A stretch of 32,000 nucleotides of DNA from Nostoc punctiforme PCC 73102 (GCF_000020025.1 NC_010628.1:120001-152000), one strand, 5' to 3'. Positions 18,407-26,983 are shown, counted from the stretch's first letter. Translations and numbers: made by a program. The notes: a model not told the origin generated them from the sequence alone.

Positions 18407-19228
18407 ATCTCTGAAGTTGAGTTAAAGCCTTGTTTCCTGACTCCTAAACGAGTACAGCCAGAGTATCCGCTATTGGTATATTTACCGGGAATGGATGGAA
18501 CAGGTCAATTATTGCGATCGCAGACTGCTGGATTAGAAACTGGCTTTGATGTACGTTCTTTGGCACTCCCCCGGAAAGACCTTAACACTTGGGATGTGCT
18601 AACAAAAAGTGTATTGGACTTAATCGACGCTGAATTAGAAAAAAGCTCTCACAGGTCAGTTTACTTGTGTGGTGAGTCCTTTGGTGGTTGCTTGGCAATG
18701 AAAGTAGCGATCCAAGCACCCCATTTATTTAAGCGAACTATCTTAATTAACCCAGCTTCGTCCTTTCGTCTTCGCCCTTGGTTGAGTTGGGCATCTCAAC
18801 TTACTTACCTAGTGCCATCAGAATTGTATGATGTTGGCGCACTGGGATTGTTGCCGTTTTTGGCATCTTTGCCTCGCATTTCTCGGAGTGATCGCCATGA
18901 ACTGCTGAAAACCATGCGTTCTGTACCAGCAGAAACCGTTCTGTGGCGATTGTCTTTACTGCGAGAGTTTGAAGTTGATGAGGAAAAACTAAGTCGCTTA
19001 ACTCAACCAGTTTTGTTGATTGCCGGTGGTAGCGATCGCCTTTTGCCTTCTGTAACAGAAGTGAAGCGGATAGGGAATATCTTACCAAATAACAAGATTG
19101 TGGTGCTGCCCGAGTGCGGACACGCTTGCTTGCTAGAGCAAGATATTAATCTCTATGAAATTCTTAAAGATAACGACTTTTTAGAAAATAATGCTGATAT
19201 CAGTACAGGGCTAGAGGTGAGAGGATAG
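18401..19228 (+). CDS. Alpha/beta hydrolase resembling the N-terminal hydrolase domain of plant phytyl ester synthases
   Basis: PLLVYLPGMDGTGQLL, nucleophile elbow GESFGG, INPASSF, LIAGGSDRLLPS and CGHACLLE. The resemblance to the PES/ELT hydrolase domain is from memory. Confidence 0.8.
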   Translation: MTISEVELKPCFLTPKRVQPEYPLLVYLPGMDGTGQLLRSQTAGLETGFDVRSLALPRKDLNTWDVLTKSVLDLIDAELEKSSHRSVYLCGESFGGCLAMKVAIQAPHLFKRTILINPASSFRLRPWLSWASQLTYLVPSELYDVGALGLLPFLASLPRISRSDRHELLKTMRSVPAETVLWRLSLLREFEVDEEKLSRLTQPVLLIAGGSDRLLPSVTEVKRIGNILPNNKIVVLPECGHACLLEQDINLYEILKDNDFLENNADISTGLEVRG

Positions 19229-19242
19229 GATGAGCGCCCTGA

Positions 19243-19533
19243 TCTCAAAAAGAAGTTAAAATAAACAAACTGCTTTTCTACGCCGAAATTATTTCTCATC
19301 TGGAAACAGACTGGAGACTCAAATGACCCCAGCAGCTCTTGATTCCAGAAGTGTGGTTCTGGGAAGATGGTGTGTTAGAAGTTTATTACCTGCGGAAAGA
19401 GGACAAGGCACTTCACTATGAGAGGGTTTCCAGTAGTGAAGAAGTCAAAGGGATCGATCTGGATTTGTTGTTATGTTGCATTCTTATGGTGAATCATGTG
19501 GATGCCATCAAGACTTTTCAGCAGGCGCTTTAA
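19243..19533 (+). pseudogene. Truncated Uma2 (DUF820) family endonuclease remnant
   Basis: ORF 19339-19533 encodes (L)IPEVWFWEDGVLEVYYLRKE..., which is typical of the Uma2 C-terminus. The same frame upstream reads LLFYAEIISHLETDWRLK, then an in-frame TGA at 19324. The N-terminal ~100 aa of a normal ~190 aa Uma2 protein are absent. Confidence 0.55.
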
Positions 19534-19693
19534 AAATAGCTGGCGATCTGCTTTAATTTCTACTTGCGTGATGGCTGGGGCAAGCCAGAAAATAGTTAAT
19601 CTTAAGCTGATATTTACGTTTATAGAGAGATGTAGAGCCGTTCATAATTCGCTACAACAAGTTTAGAGAGGCTTTACAAGATGGTGTCAAGTA

Positions 19694-20860
19694 ATGGCAG
19701 ACAAATCCCAACAAGAAATAGTAGTGAATAAATCAGTTAATTCACCTAATGAAACTTCAGAAATAAAAATCCAGGCTCAATCATCAGTAGAAAATGAACC
19801 GTCTGAATTAGAGTCTTTTGTTCAAAGTGTTGCTCAGACTGGCAAAGCAGTTTTAGACACAGCATTAGAGGTGGGAGAAGCGACAGCGAAACAAACACAC
19901 AAGTTAATTGAGCAAACAACTCAAACCAGTGGTCAGGTTGTGAATCGCCTCAGCGAAAATTGGTTGATTAGAAAACTATCTGGAGTATTAAATCTAAATT
20001 GGTTAATTGGTACTCCTGATGCTGTTGATTTGGAAAAAGCAGAAGCTGCGGTAAACAAGCTCAAACAAAAGTATCCAAATGAATCACCCAGCCAGATTGC
20101 TCACCGAATCATGGTGGAAAAAGCGACTCAAGCAGGCACTGTTGGACTAGCCACTAGTATTTTGCCAGGAATAGCAGTGGCGTTGTTGGCAATTGATTTA
20201 ACAGCGACAACAAAATTGCAGTCAGAAATGCTTTATCAAATTGCATTTGACTACGGGCTGGATTTAAAAGATCCTGCCCGTAAAGGAGAAGTCCTGGCAA
20301 TTTTTGGTCTGGCTTTGGGTGGAGGTCGTCTTTTGAAAGCTGCGGGATTAGGCTTACTGCGAAATGTGCCTTTAGCGGGTGCTGCGATCGCAGCTAGTTC
20401 AAATGCAACAATGATCTATTCATTGGGTTATGCTGCTTGTCGATTTTATGAAGCCAAGCTAGATGAATCAACTTCTCTGGCATCGCCACAAACTCTGGCA
20501 ACATTAAAAGCAGAAAGTGAAAAGTATCTCGAAAGTGCGATCGCTCAAGAAGCCGTCATGGATCAAATCTTAGTTCACATGATTCTGGCTAGCCATCCAG
20601 ATAAGACTTTGGAAGAAATTTTGCCAGAATTACAAGCTTTAAAACTCAGTCCTACCTCGTTGGATGCCATTGCCAAAAATATCAAATCACCTAAGTCTTT
20701 AGATATACTGCTCAATCAGCTGAATCGTGATTTTGCTATACCCTTACTCGTTCAGTGTAAAAAAGTTGCCCAGCTTGACCATAAGACTACACCACTTGAG
20801 CAAGAAATAATAGCAGCGATCGCCAGAAAATTTAACATTGATACAACAATTGGGGCATAG
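19694..20860 (+). CDS. Hypothetical protein; DUF697/EcsC-like glycine/alanine-rich membrane-associated core
   Basis: A 388-aa ORF with coding-like composition. The core reads AHRIMVEKATQAGTVGLATSILPGIAVALLAIDLTATTKLQSEMLYQIAFDYGLDL...FGLALGGG. The family assignment is tentative. Confidence 0.55.
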   Translation: MADKSQQEIVVNKSVNSPNETSEIKIQAQSSVENEPSELESFVQSVAQTGKAVLDTALEVGEATAKQTHKLIEQTTQTSGQVVNRLSENWLIRKLSGVLNLNWLIGTPDAVDLEKAEAAVNKLKQKYPNESPSQIAHRIMVEKATQAGTVGLATSILPGIAVALLAIDLTATTKLQSEMLYQIAFDYGLDLKDPARKGEVLAIFGLALGGGRLLKAAGLGLLRNVPLAGAAIAASSNATMIYSLGYAACRFYEAKLDESTSLASPQTLATLKAESEKYLESAIAQEAVMDQILVHMILASHPDKTLEEILPELQALKLSPTSLDAIAKNIKSPKSLDILLNQLNRDFAIPLLVQCKKVAQLDHKTTPLEQEIIAAIARKFNIDTTIGA

Positions 20861-20889
20861 GGAATGGGGAATTGGGCAAGAAGCAGGAC

Positions 20890-21043
20890 GTAAAAGAATC
20901 TGACTTTTCACGGTATCTGGAAAATTTCTCTCCTAAAAGGAGAGAGACTTTGAATATTCCCCCTTCCCGCGTCGGGAAGGGGGTTAGGGGGTTAGGTTTT
21001 TGGTGGACTTTTCCACATAACGCGAAAAGTCAGGTAAAAGAAT
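20890..21043. mobile_element. 134-bp MITE with 13-bp terminal inverted repeats and 10-bp target-site duplication
   Basis: The left TIR is CTGACTTTTCACG (20900-20912). It matches the reverse complement of the right TIR, CGCGAAAAGTCAG (21021-21033), at 12 of 13 positions. The direct repeat GTAAAAGAAT flanks both ends perfectly (20890-20899 and 21034-21043). Internal hairpins are TCTCCTAAAAGGAGA and CCCCCTTCCCGCGTCGGGAAGGGGG. There is no coding capacity. Confidence 0.75.
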
Positions 21044-21053
21044 GAAGATCATA

Positions 21054-21298
21054 GCTTCATTAACGAGTATAAAAGCCTCGTTAACGGAGTTCTGATGTGG
21101 ATTCACGAGGATAAAAGCCTCGTTAACGGAGTTCTGATATGGATTCACGAGGATAAAAGCCTCGTTAACGGAGTTCTGATGTGGATTCACGAGGATAAAA
21201 GCCTCGTTAACGGAGTTCTGATGTGGATTCACGAGTATAAAAGCCTCGTTAACGGAGTTCTGATATGGATTCACGAGGATAAAAGACTCGTCAATGAG
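21054..21298. repeat. 42-bp tandem repeat array (5 full units plus degenerate end units)
   Basis: The unit is GCCTCGTTAACGGAGTTCTGATGTGGATTCACGAGGATAAAA. Full copies start at 21075, 21117, 21159, 21201 and 21243. Only two positions vary (GATGTGG/GATATGG and GAGGAT/GAGTAT). Each junction forms ACGAGG-ATAAAAG-CCTCGT, a 6-bp stem with a 7-nt loop. Confidence 0.9.
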
Positions 21299-21331
21299 TA
21301 CTACTTGCACTAATTCACTAAATTATAGCTA

Positions 21332-21396
21332 CTGCTCCCTGCTCCACAATGCCCAATGCCCTATGCCCAATACCTTATACCCATTCCCCTCATCCT
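21332..21396. repeat. STRR heptamer arrays (CTGCTCC x2, then AATGCCC family x7)
   Basis: CTGCTCC CTGCTCC, then AATGCCC AATGCCC TATGCCC AATACCT TATACCC ATTCCCC TCATCCT, all in the pepA leader. Confidence 0.8.
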
Positions 21397-21454
21397 GAAA
21401 CAAGAATTTTGAGCAATACTGGTACAAGAAGGAATACTTACACAAAATCCCAAA

Positions 21455-22936
21455 ATGACAATTCAACCTAGTGATAAGCCTTTGCTAGAGTGGGCAGGCG
21501 ATAGTTTGGCAATAGGATTATTTGAAGATGCAGTAGAGTTAACCGGAGAACTAGCAACTTTAGATCAAAAGTTTTCTGGGGTCTTAAAAGAACTAATTGC
21601 TGAAGAAGAATTTAAAGGTAAAGCCAACAGTACCATCTTCACACGGGTGAATCCTGGTAGACCAGTGCGTAAATTGATTCTGGTAGGATTGGGTAAACCA
21701 GATGCACTCAAACTCGACACTTTGCGACGCGCTGCTGCTGCGGTAGCCAGAGTCGCAAAAAAGCAAAAAAGCAAAATTTTGGGATTTAGCTTCCCATTAT
21801 GGAATAACGATCCAGCCGCAAGCGCCCAAGCGATCGCAGAAGGTGTTGAATTAGCACTTTACCAAGATATTCGTTTTAAATCAGAACCAGAAGATAAAGG
21901 ATCGCAAATAGAAACCGTAGATTTACTAGGTTTCAGTGGACAAGAAGCAGCCATTACCCTCGCCAATCAAATCGTTTCTGGGGTAAATTTGGCACGGGAG
22001 TTAGTGGCAGCACCAGCCAATGCGGTAACACCAATTACTTTAGCCGAAACTGCTCAAGCGATCGCCAAGGACTACGGTTTACAAGTAGAAATTCTCGAAA
22101 AAGAAGACTGTGAAAAGTTGGGTATGGGTGCCTTTTTAGGAGTAGCACAAGCTTCCGAGTTGCCACCTAAATTCATTCACCTGACTTACAAACCAGAAGG
22201 TACACCGAAAAAGAAACTAGCAATTATTGGTAAAGGTGTAACCTTTGATTCCGGCGGACTCAATATTAAAGGTGCTGGTAGCGGCATCGAAACCATGAAA
22301 ATGGATATGGGCGGTGCGGCTGCTACCTTGGGGGCAGCAAAAGCAATTGCTCAAATTAAGCCAGATGTTGAAGTTCACTTTATCTCGGCGGTAGCTGAAA
22401 ACATGATTAGCGGTCGCGCCATGCACCCTGGAGACATCCTCACCGCATCAAACGGCAAAACAATTGAAGTGAACAACACCGATGCAGAAGGACGTTTAAC
22501 CCTTGCAGATGCTTTGGTGTATGCCGAGAAATTAGGGTTGGATGCGATCGTTGATTTAGCAACCTTGACAGGTGCTAACGTCATTGCCTTGGGTGATGAT
22601 ATTGCAGGTTTGTACACTCCCGATGATGACGTAGCTTCCCAGATCGAAAAAGCTGCCCAAACCTCAGGGGAAAAAATTTGGCGGATGCCAATGGAAGAAA
22701 AATATTTTGAAGGGCTAAAGTCTGGGATTGCGGACATGAAAAATACAGGCCCGCGTCCAGGTGGTGCGATTACGGCTGCCCTTTTCCTCAAGCAATTTGT
22801 CAAAGAAACCCCTTGGGCACATTTAGATATTGCCGGCCCAGTATGGACAGATAAAGAAAACGGCTACAACGGCGCAGGCGCTACTGGCTACGGGGTTCGG
22901 TTGCTAGTTAACTGGGTGTTGGGGATTGGGGAGTAG
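21455..22936 (+). CDS. pepA: Leucyl aminopeptidase (M17 family)
   Basis: M17 catalytic blocks [34 protein letters not shown] and DLATLTGA. Confidence 0.95.
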   Translation: MTIQPSDKPLLEWAGDSLAIGLFEDAVELTGELATLDQKFSGVLKELIAEEEFKGKANSTIFTRVNPGRPVRKLILVGLGKPDALKLDTLRRAAAAVARVAKKQKSKILGFSFPLWNNDPAASAQAIAEGVELALYQDIRFKSEPEDKGSQIETVDLLGFSGQEAAITLANQIVSGVNLARELVAAPANAVTPITLAETAQAIAKDYGLQVEILEKEDCEKLGMGAFLGVAQASELPPKFIHLTYKPEGTPKKKLAIIGKGVTFDSGGLNIKGAGSGIETMKMDMGGAAATLGAAKAIAQIKPDVEVHFISAVAENMISGRAMHPGDILTASNGKTIEVNNTDAEGRLTLADALVYAEKLGLDAIVDLATLTGANVIALGDDIAGLYTPDDDVASQIEKAAQTSGEKIWRMPMEEKYFEGLKSGIADMKNTGPRPGGAITAALFLKQFVKETPWAHLDIAGPVWTDKENGYNGAGATGYGVRLLVNWVLGIGE

Positions 22937-23128
22937 GAAGTAGGAGGCAGAGGAGCAGGGAGCAGGGAGCAGAGTGCAAAAAGGGGATTCGACCCCTCTC
23001 TTGAGAACCACTTACTAGAAGTGGGGGAATCAGATCCATGTTCCGCAAAGCTTGTCGACTCAAAGCTTAGGTCATTTCCCTCTGCTCCCTGCTCCCTGCC
23101 CCATTCCTCATCCCCCATTCCCCAAAAC
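22921..23128. repeat. Long STRR-derived inverted repeat spanning the pepA stop codon
   Basis: A perfect 20-bp arm GCAGGGAGCAGGGAGCAGAG (22955-22974) pairs with CTCTGCTCCCTGCTCCCTGC (23080-23099), 105 bp apart. The outer flanks (GGGGATTGGGGAGTAGGAAG versus CATTCCTCATCCCCCATTCCCC) are imperfectly complementary. It probably acts as the pepA terminator or a stability element. Confidence 0.8.
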
Positions 23129-23262
23129 CCAATTCGTGCTATCTTGAGCTTGCCAGCAAAAATTGTTGCAATAGTAACAGAAGTAATTTGGCGGTCAGAA
23201 AGTTAAGCTTTTTCGGCAAAGCCATCTGGTAAAATTTATAAGGTTTCTAAAAGCTCTGAGCA

Positions 23263-24285
23263 ATGGGATCGACTCGCGTACGGATCGCAATTGACGCAAT
23301 GGGAGGGGATCACGCACCCGGTGAAATCGTTGCTGGCGCACTGCGAGCAAAGGAAGAATTGGGTGTAGAGATATTACTTGTTGGTGATCCCCAACAAATA
23401 GAAGCTGCCTTGCCGCCAAAAACGAATTTAGCGCAGGTGGAGATCGTTCCTGCTGAGGAAGCGATCGCAATGGATGAGGAGCCTTTAAATGCAGTTAGAC
23501 GCAAACGCAAGGCTTCTATCAATGTGGCAATGGATTTAGTCAAGCAGCAAAAGGCAGATGCCGTATTTTCTGCCGGTCACTCTGGGGCAGCTATGGCATC
23601 GGCTTTGCTCCGCTTAGGGCGATTGCCGGGAATCGATCGTCCAGCAATTGGGACTGTTTTTCCGACAATTGTTGCTGGTAAGCCAGTCTTAGTTCTTGAT
23701 GTCGGCGCAAATGTAGATTGCCGCCCGAAGTTTTTAGAGCAGTTTGCTGTCATGGGATCGGCTTACAGTCAGTATGTCTTAGGTACAACCGAACCAAAAG
23801 TGGGCTTATTGAATATCGGTGAAGAAGACTCTAAAGGCAATGATGCAGCCGTCCGTGCCCACCAACTGCTCCGCGAAAATTCTCAAATTAATTTTATTGG
23901 CAATGCCGAAGGGCGTGATGTGCTTTCCGGTCACTTCGATGTAATTGTCTGCGATGGCTTTGTGGGCAATGTACTGTTAAAATTTGCCGAAGCAGTTGGA
24001 GAAGTGATTCTGCAAATTCTGCGGGAAGAATTACCCCAAGGATTGCATGGTCAAATCGGTTCAGCATTCTTAAAACCAAACCTGAAGCGAGTTAAGCAAC
24101 GCATGGATCATGCAGAACATGGTGGTGCTTTGTTGTTAGGCGTGGCAGGAGTTTGTTTTATCGGTCACGGTAGCTCACAAGCACCTTCAATTTTCAATGC
24201 TATTCGCATGGCTAAAGAAGCTGTTGACAACCAGGTGCTACAACGAATTCAGTCCCAATATATCCTAGAGCGCGAAAGCGGTTAG
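23263..24285 (+). CDS. plsX: Phosphate acyltransferase PlsX
   Basis: IAIDAMGGDHAP, SAGHSGA, NIGEE and DVIVCDGFVGNVLLK are typical PlsX blocks. Confidence 0.95.
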   Translation: MGSTRVRIAIDAMGGDHAPGEIVAGALRAKEELGVEILLVGDPQQIEAALPPKTNLAQVEIVPAEEAIAMDEEPLNAVRRKRKASINVAMDLVKQQKADAVFSAGHSGAAMASALLRLGRLPGIDRPAIGTVFPTIVAGKPVLVLDVGANVDCRPKFLEQFAVMGSAYSQYVLGTTEPKVGLLNIGEEDSKGNDAAVRAHQLLRENSQINFIGNAEGRDVLSGHFDVIVCDGFVGNVLLKFAEAVGEVILQILREELPQGLHGQIGSAFLKPNLKRVKQRMDHAEHGGALLLGVAGVCFIGHGSSQAPSIFNAIRMAKEAVDNQVLQRIQSQYILERESG

Positions 24286-24380
24286 TCATTAATTATTAGT
24301 CATTAGTCATTTGTCAACGACAACTGACACAGGACAAATGACACAGGACAAATGACAAAGGACAAATGACAAAGGACAAA
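24283..24380. repeat. STRR array (14 heptamers) in the plsX-fabH spacer
   Basis: TAGTCAT units lead into TGACACA GGACAAA and TGACAAA GGACAAA 14-mers. GTCATTTGTC (24306-24315) is complementary to GACAAATGAC (24333-24342, repeated downstream). The array starts at the plsX stop codon. Confidence 0.85.
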
Positions 24381-24404
24381 AGCTGATAGCTTGGGAGATT
24401 AGGA

Positions 24405-25397
24405 GTGGAAAACTTAGGCATAGCAATTACCGGAAGTGGCTCGGCAGTACCAGCAACTTCCCTACACAACCAGACATTAACTGAACTAGTTGAAACATCA
24501 GACGAGTGGATTGCCACAAGAACGGGAATTCGTCAACGACGATTAGCGGTGTCATCTGAGTCGTTAAGTGGACTAGCTACTGCTGCCGGCAGTCGAGCGA
24601 TCGCAGCTTCAGGAATTAGACCAGAAGACCTAGACCTGATTTTGCTAGCGACTTCCACCCCTGATGATTTGTTTGGTAGTGCTTGTCAAGTACAGGCTCA
24701 ATTAGGAGCCACCAACGCAGTCGCCTTTGACTTGACAGCAGCCTGCTCTGGCTTTGTGTTTGGTCTGGTTACAGCAGCCCAATACATTAGAACAGGTGTC
24801 TATAAAAATGTACTGTTGATAGGGGCAGATATCCTCTCTCGCTGGGTAGATTGGCAAGATCGTCGGACTTGTGTACTATTCGGCGATGGTGCAGGAGCAG
24901 TAGTATTACAGGCTTCTAAAAGCGATCGCTTATTAGGATTTGCCCTTAAAAGTGATGGCACTCAAAACCATCACCTCAATCTTGCTTATGCAGGCGCTTC
25001 CCAAGAATTGCTCCCTGGTGTAAACATCACTAAAGGCACTTATCAACCTATTACTATGAACGGCAAAGAAGTCTACCGCTTTGCTGTGCAAAAAGTCCCA
25101 GAAATCATAGATAAAGCCTTATTTCAAGCTAACCTTAAGGTTGACCAAATAGATTGGCTAGTGTTGCATCAAGCTAATCAGCGCATTATTGATGCCGTTG
25201 CTCAACGCCTAAATATCCCAGAACATAAAGTTATAAGTAATCTCGCCCAGTACGGCAATACCTCAGCTGCTTCCATCCCCTTAGCTTTAGATGAAGCAGT
25301 ACGACAAGGTAAAATTAAACCCCATGACATCGTTGCGACATCCGGCTTTGGTGCCGGTCTTACCTGGGGCGCGGCAATTTTCCAATGGGGAAAATGA
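24405..25397 (+). CDS. fabH: Beta-ketoacyl-ACP synthase III
   Basis: GTG start with GGGAG 7 nt upstream. Active-site block AACSGF, plus HQAN and GNTSAASIPLAL. Confidence 0.95.
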   Translation: MENLGIAITGSGSAVPATSLHNQTLTELVETSDEWIATRTGIRQRRLAVSSESLSGLATAAGSRAIAASGIRPEDLDLILLATSTPDDLFGSACQVQAQLGATNAVAFDLTAACSGFVFGLVTAAQYIRTGVYKNVLLIGADILSRWVDWQDRRTCVLFGDGAGAVVLQASKSDRLLGFALKSDGTQNHHLNLAYAGASQELLPGVNITKGTYQPITMNGKEVYRFAVQKVPEIIDKALFQANLKVDQIDWLVLHQANQRIIDAVAQRLNIPEHKVISNLAQYGNTSAASIPLALDEAVRQGKIKPHDIVATSGFGAGLTWGAAIFQWGK

Positions 25398-25406
25398 CTC
25401 AATCTT

Positions 25407-25485
25407 GGATTTTAGATTTTAGATTGATTCCATACATGAATGTGAATGCTCTTTTTTAGATCAAGAATTTTAGATTTTAGATTTG
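25407..25485. repeat. Two STRR arrays (GATTTTA/AGATTTT family)
   Basis: GGATTTT AGATTTT AGATTGA (25407-25427) and GAATTTT AGATTTT AGATTTG (25465-25485). The inverse-orientation units CCAAAAT TTAAAAT CTAAAAT are at 25597-25617. Confidence 0.8.
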
Positions 25486-25631
25486 TTCTCACGTTTAAAT
25501 TCGCTTGCTTTCAGACCTTTTTAAATTTTGAACTTTGTAGCCGAACGCTATACGAACGCTGCGATCTTTTAATCAAACGCTTTTGAATTATTTAATCCAA
25601 AATTTAAAATCTAAAATATCTTGTTTTTTGT

Positions 25632-25673
25632 TAATGACCAATGACCACTGACTAATGATCAATGACTAAAACT
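25632..25673. repeat. STRR array (AATGACC family) containing the fabD start codon
   Basis: TAATGAC CAATGAC CACTGAC TAATGAT CAATGAC TAAAACT. The ATG at 25662 lies inside a unit. This is the same heptamer family as at 18372-18406. Confidence 0.8.
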
Positions 25674-26546
25674 GCATGGGTGTTTCCCGGACAAGGATCT
25701 CAAACGCTGGGAATGGGAATAGACTTATTAGATATACCCTTCGCTAAAGACAAATTTGCCCAAGCCGAGGAAATCTTGGGCTGGTCTGTAACCAAAATCT
25801 GTCAAAACGAAGAAGCCAAGTTATCACAGACGCTATATACTCAGCCAAGTCTTTATGTGATAGAAAGCATTCTTGCAGATCTTCTCCAAGAACGAGGACA
25901 ACAGCCAGATTTAGTTGCTGGCCACAGTTTGGGAGAATATTCTGCCCTTTATGTAGCGGGTGTCTTTGAGTGGTCGGCTGGTTTATATCTAGTAAAGCGT
26001 CGTGCAGAACTCATGGATAATGCCGTGGGTGGAATGATGGCAGCTTTGATGAACTTTGACCGCGAACAGTTAGAAAAAGTCATTGCCCACACGCCTGATG
26101 TGGTTCTAGCAAATGATAATAGTTCGGCTCAGGTGGTAATTTCAGGCACAACTGAAGCTGTACAAGCAGTGATGACTCAAGTTAAAGCCAAGCGTGCTAT
26201 TCCCCTAAAAGTTTCTGGAGCATTTCATTCACATTTAATCGCACCAGCAGCGGCTGAATTCCAAAACATTTTAGAATCTGTGGAATTTCAACCAGCTACT
26301 GTGCCAGTCTTATCTAATGTAGAACCAATTCCGTCTATTGATGCCGAGATTTTAAAGCAGCGCCTCAACAAACAAATGACTGGTTCTGTACGGTGGCGTG
26401 AAATTTCTTTGCAATTACCAGCTAACGGTATCCAGCGAGTAGTAGAAGTTGGCCCTGGTAAAGTCTTAACTGGCTTGATTAAACGTAGCAGCCCTGACTT
26501 AATATTAGAAAATATCCAGAGTGGTGCTGATTTAGCATTGGGATAA
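25662..26546 (+). CDS. fabD: Malonyl-CoA:ACP transacylase
   Basis: FPGQGSQ, active site GHSLGEYSAL, and SGAFHS. Confidence 0.95.
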   Translation: MTKTAWVFPGQGSQTLGMGIDLLDIPFAKDKFAQAEEILGWSVTKICQNEEAKLSQTLYTQPSLYVIESILADLLQERGQQPDLVAGHSLGEYSALYVAGVFEWSAGLYLVKRRAELMDNAVGGMMAALMNFDREQLEKVIAHTPDVVLANDNSSAQVVISGTTEAVQAVMTQVKAKRAIPLKVSGAFHSHLIAPAAAEFQNILESVEFQPATVPVLSNVEPIPSIDAEILKQRLNKQMTGSVRWREISLQLPANGIQRVVEVGPGKVLTGLIKRSSPDLILENIQSGADLALG

Positions 26547-26586
26547 GGCAATAGGCAACAGGCAACAGGCAATAGGTATAAGGATT
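26545..26586. repeat. STRR array (AGGCAAY family)
   Basis: AAGGCAA TAGGCAA CAGGCAA CAGGCAA TAGGTAT AAGGATT, overlapping the fabD stop codon. Confidence 0.8.
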
Positions 26587-26871
26587 TTAGCCTAGTTCAT
26601 TTTTATTTACATAGTTTGATTTTATTGTGCAAACTTACTTAGTCAGGAGCCAGAATGCCCTTTTAGGGAAACAAGCTACAGAATTAATTTTGAACGAAAA
26701 AGCGGATAGTGAGTCCGAATCCTAAACCTTATATTTACCAAGCTCTTTGGTAACAATTAGTCAAAAATCTTTTGTTTTAGCAGCGATCGCAATTCTCGCA
26801 GTTTTACAGCGATTACCATTTGAATAGTAGTGGCTCACATCTGTAGATTGGTTTCAACTTCACTTTAAATA

Positions 26872-26957
26872 GGCGGTTAGAAACCGCATCTACAGGAGGC
26901 TTTACCCACCTCCGTGGGTTTCAAACACTCAATTTTTTTAGTCCGCGCAGGCGGACT
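26872..26957. repeat. Cluster of Nostoc-type small dispersed hairpin repeats
   Basis: Three hairpins: GCGGTT-aga-AACCGC (26873-26887), ACCCAC-ctcc-GTGGGT (26904-26919) and AGTCCGC-gcag-GCGGACT (26940-26957). They lie just upstream of the plsC start. Confidence 0.7.
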
Positions 26958-26983
26958 ACCCTGCGGGAAGCCGCAAAGCGTCT

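Noticed and set aside
21009-21017. TTTTCCACA DnaA-box-like 9-mer.
   Set aside because: It is a single copy inside a MITE, with no cluster of boxes and no dnaA or dnaN nearby. It is not an origin.
21054-21298. CRISPR array interpretation of the regularly spaced hairpins.
   Set aside because: The 23-nt linkers between hairpins are identical in every unit, so there are no unique spacers. There are no cas genes in the window, and the stem is only 6 bp. This is a plain tandem repeat.
20984-21313. 108-aa (minus) and 72-aa (plus) ORFs encoding perfect 14-aa repeats.
   Set aside because: Both are by-products of the 42-bp (14-codon) tandem repeat being stop-free on each strand. The minus ORF starts at GTG, neither has an RBS, and the array is better explained as non-coding.
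22983-22996. GGGGATTCGACCCC, resembling a tRNA or tmRNA T-arm.
   Set aside because: No acceptor stem, anticodon arm, D-arm or CCA context can be built around it. It sits in the loop of the pepA 3' inverted repeat.
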